From Flaccisagitta enflata (lineage: Eukaryota), in NCBI GenBank assembly GCA_965153355.1, contig OZ231126.1, positions 48,112,001 through 48,176,000 of the forward strand: DNA of 64,000 nucleotides. Reading direction: 5' to 3'. Shown here one piece after another: positions 61,050 to 64,000 of this stretch. The notes beneath the pieces are model-generated. The model was not told the origin of the DNA, made no database searches, and worked only from the letters and a program-made list of their open reading frames with translations. Position 1 is the first letter of the stretch; every line of letters starts with the position of its first letter. Position numbers and translations under genes: made by a program.

Positions 61050-61450
61050 CCGCTTTCATTGACATGAAGGTGCGTGTATTTATATGTGCGTCTTCATTTT
61101 TCGATTCTTTAATACATGATTGCGTATCCATAAGACTGGCCGTCCGTCCATACTTTGGCTCGTTACGCCCCTTTGAAATTCACGTGGATGATGCATTCTG
61201 ATGCCCCAACGGACTTTTCTCTAGGGTGTAGAAACCAATGGTTTCATCATCATGCCTCGTCCTGAGTGCTCACACCTAGCTAGTAAGGGTACGTCTGCAT
61301 TCACCATATTATTTGGATATTTTATCTGGATATCAATATCCGGATATTCTACATAGTGAATTTACAAAATTTACTAAATGAAATATCCGGGTATTAATAT
61401 TCAAATAAAATATCCAAATACGCTGATTAATAAAGACACACCTTCAGGTA

Positions 61451-62274
61451 CAGTTACACTCCGCTATAACGGACCTGAGAGTAAAGGAAATCTGCTTACA
61501 ACAGAAGTAAATTATTGATCCCTTCATGTCATTTTTTTCTTATTAGCAATACTTGAAAGCCGCCTATAACGGATAATGTAGATTGGTCAATTGACATTTG
61601 TTATTGCCAGGCGCCTGTAGAGGCTTTTACACCCTATACAAATTATAAGGGCCCAGGTCTCAGGGGGGCCCAAAGGGCTCCTTAATTGTCATAGAAATGA
61701 AAAGGAAAGAAAAGAGAAAAAAGAGAAAAGAAAAAAAAGAGGGAAAAAGAGAAATAAATAAAAAAAAAGGAAAAAAAAAGAAACAGAAAAGCCCTTAACT
61801 AATGATACAAATACAAAAACTTTTTTCGATTTTTGTTGCATATCAAAGTACTAAGTTCAACACTAGGATTTTCTTCTCCAAATAGAATGTATAGAGACTG
61901 AAAAATAATCCATAAAAAACCACATGTGCTATCATTTTGGCTGGTAGTTGCGCCAAAACATGGGGTGGGCGGATTTTTGGATTGTATAGGGACCCGAAAT
62001 TTCTCTGCTGGCCCCTGAACTTATTGCGGAGTACAACTACAGTTCATTAGCTATTTGCCTACCTCACTATCTTCTATCCTTTGCAGAAACGTCATGGACA
62101 ATCAAACCCTGCATTAACGGATAACAAGGGACCGATAGATTTTGGTAATTACAAATAAATTTTTATAATTGCAAAAAAGAAAAAAAAAATAAGCAGCTTA
62201 AAAAGACCAACATTTTATATTTGTTAGAGGTGGATTTCCTTTACTCTCGGATCCGTCATTGCGGGGTGCAACTG
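61451..62274. mobile_element. Cluster of Tigger-like MITEs with a nested insertion, just 3' of the receptor stop codon
   Basis: ta|CAGTTACACTCCGCTATAACGGA at 61451; TCCGTCATTGCGGGGTGCAACTG|ta ending at 62274. Confidence 0.5.
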
Positions 62275-62283
62275 TACAGGTAT

Positions 62284-64000
62284 CTACAGCAGAAATTTTC
62301 GCATCACGTCGGAAAAATACGAGAGCGCCATCAATAAGCCATCGAACGAAACTAAGAGCTCGAAGATGAATTTGGACGTCGAGTTTGCCGTAAAGAAGAA
62401 AATCACCCCGAAAATCCACTGCAGACTCTGAAAGACGATGAGCTTCATCAAAAATTTGACGAGGGCGAAGAATCCTTCTTTGTCCATAGGCTTGTCCCGC
62501 AGCTTCACGAATTGAATCAGACTGAATACCAAATTTCCCACGCCGATCGTAACCACGATGGAGGCCGGCAAAGCTATGAAAAACAACCTTCCGCGCTCAC
62601 CAGTCAACATGCAATACCCTTCGAGGCCGTAATGCATCGGAGATTCGTGGGAAAACTGCTCGATACACCATAAGATAACAACGGCGCCAAGTGGTCCAAT
62701 CCAAACACCGATGGTCAGTAAAACCTCCCTTTGACTCAAGCCTGGTTCCCTGTTTTCAACAGTTAAAGCGGCCATGTTGTGATTTAACTGCCACAGAAGA
62801 TGCGCAACTTGTACTCCATACCAGGCGACGTAACAAAAGGAAACGAGTAACGCGTAATGAATCAAAAGCGCAAACGCTTTGCAAACGACAGTGACACGTC
62901 TGAAGGCTGTACCACCACAAAGAGCCAAGAAAAACGCGAGTTTACTGACTGCGATCCCCAACTGACATCGCTTGGCTTTGGAAATGACTCCCGTACACGT
63001 TAAATGGACAATCATCGACGAGAAGAAGAAGATGGAAGTGCCACTGCCAGTCAGGGAAATTACCAACACCCCAAAAAGCCGATCGCTATGGTCCTCCATC
63101 CCTCTTTTGACCGAAGCTTCCTCCATGATGGACCATAAAAAGCCGGAGTGACCCAAATTGACTCTGTTTTCTAGAAATCTCCAATCTTGAAAATTTCTCA
63201 TCATATGCATGATTTTATTCATGTTACTGGTCACAAATGGAAGCAAGATCGGGCCACAATGACGACAGAAACATGGAGAGTCTACCGCCTCTACCCTGTC
63301 GTGATGCATGAGCAGCAGAAAATTTGTACGCCTTTGATTCTTATCACGACTTTTATCGTCGTCGTTAAACAAGCATAACTTACCAAGCCTGTTGCGCCCA
63401 TGTAAACCATTCGAGTTGGGGTAAGAAATCGAGTCACCGGAGCAAGTTAATGATTCATTATCCAAAGGGCTAAAATCTAAGGAACCTCCAAGTTTGATGT
63501 CATGAAAAAGTTTGCGACAAGCCAAACCACCTGGGATTTCCAATCGCCAAAAGTGTTCCTCGGTGACATTTTCGAAATTACAAAGAGCGCAGAAAGCATT
63601 TCGGTACGTCAATCCATTGATTTCAACGGGTAAGCGTAACGCTGGATTGCTTTCTTTGCCCAATTTTGGTGACACACACTTGGACTTGATTTTATCATCG
63701 TGAAACCACTTTGAACACGACGTGATCACGTAAAAACCAATACCTATAAATATCTGATTTTGTCTGTAATTGTGTGTCGAAACGCACTTAACTTGGACTT
63801 CATCCGGTACCGTATCGTGGCCACGTCCGACGTCGAAATCCATACAGCAATCTCCAAAACGGACGCATAACTCGTCGCAGTGGCAAAGGGACAAACTTGA
63901 TTGGAAATCGTACAATTTGTCCTCGTCTTTGCCCGCGCAATATTTTGTTGGGAAATCAAGCGGACATGCTTCTTCTTGCTTTTGATCCTGGCTCCAGAAA
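62284..64000 (-). CDS. Somatomedin-B-like Cys-rich ectodomain plus 7TM receptor (class B/adhesion/Methuselah-like), 5'-partial
   Basis: Frame is open from the window end to the stop at 62284 with no intron. CHCDELCVRFGDCCMDF (SMB-like), YRNAFCALCN, then hydrophobic helices with CK..A.L.HY.LL and YG..GYC features of class-B-like 7TM proteins. Confidence 0.8.
   Translation of the reverse strand, partial: FWSQDQKQEEACPLDFPTKYCAGKDEDKLYDFQSSLSLCHCDELCVRFGDCCMDFDVGRGHDTVPDEVQVKCVSTHNYRQNQIFIGIGFYVITSCSKWFHDDKIKSKCVSPKLGKESNPALRLPVEINGLTYRNAFCALCNFENVTEEHFWRLEIPGGLACRKLFHDIKLGGSLDFSPLDNESLTCSGDSISYPNSNGLHGRNRLGKLCLFNDDDKSRDKNQRRTNFLLLMHHDRVEAVDSPCFCRHCGPILLPFVTSNMNKIMHMMRNFQDWRFLENRVNLGHSGFLWSIMEEASVKRGMEDHSDRLFGVLVISLTGSGTSIFFFSSMIVHLTCTGVISKAKRCQLGIAVSKLAFFLALCGGTAFRRVTVVCKAFALLIHYALLVSFCYVAWYGVQVAHLLWQLNHNMAALTVENREPGLSQREVLLTIGVWIGPLGAVVILWCIEQFSHESPMHYGLEGYCMLTGERGRLFFIALPASIVVTIGVGNLVFSLIQFVKLRDKPMDKEGFFALVKFLMKLIVFQSLQWIFGVIFFFTANSTSKFIFELLVSFDGLLMALSYFSDVMRKFLL

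Noticed and set aside
52432-64000. Ligand-receptor linkage between the prokineticin-like gene and the two GPCRs
   Set aside because: Neither receptor shows prokineticin-receptor-like features, and three unrelated genes intervene; proximity alone is not evidence.

Overview
Repeat-rich genomic DNA from an animal, most likely an invertebrate (spliceosomal GT-AG introns, many microsatellites and MITEs). All splice models were built by eye and need RNA evidence. Host genes: (1) a six-coding-exon secreted precursor (6362-24927, +) that the ORF track does not reveal. It has a signal peptide, a long acidic pro-region with dibasic sites, and a C-terminal 10-Cys prokineticin/astakine domain. (2) A tight co-oriented cluster of VPS35, an intronless SDR oxidoreductase and PTDSS2. 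(3) A multi-exon class A peptide-receptor-like GPCR (-). (4) A somatomedin-B-like plus 7TM receptor running off the right end (-). (5) A possible BRCT-like exon at the left end. The 14.85 kb intron of the prokineticin-like gene contains an 8.3 kb DNA transposon with ~1.2 kb modular TIRs. It encodes an apparently intact 8-exon, 822-aa DDE transposase (hAT/hATm-like) whose introns carry host repeats. Also present: DINE-1/Helentron-like short elements (two carrying expanded internal satellite arrays), a second asymmetric inverted-repeat family, nested MITEs with TA, TATA, 8-bp or 9-bp target-site duplications, and a 5'-truncated LINE.
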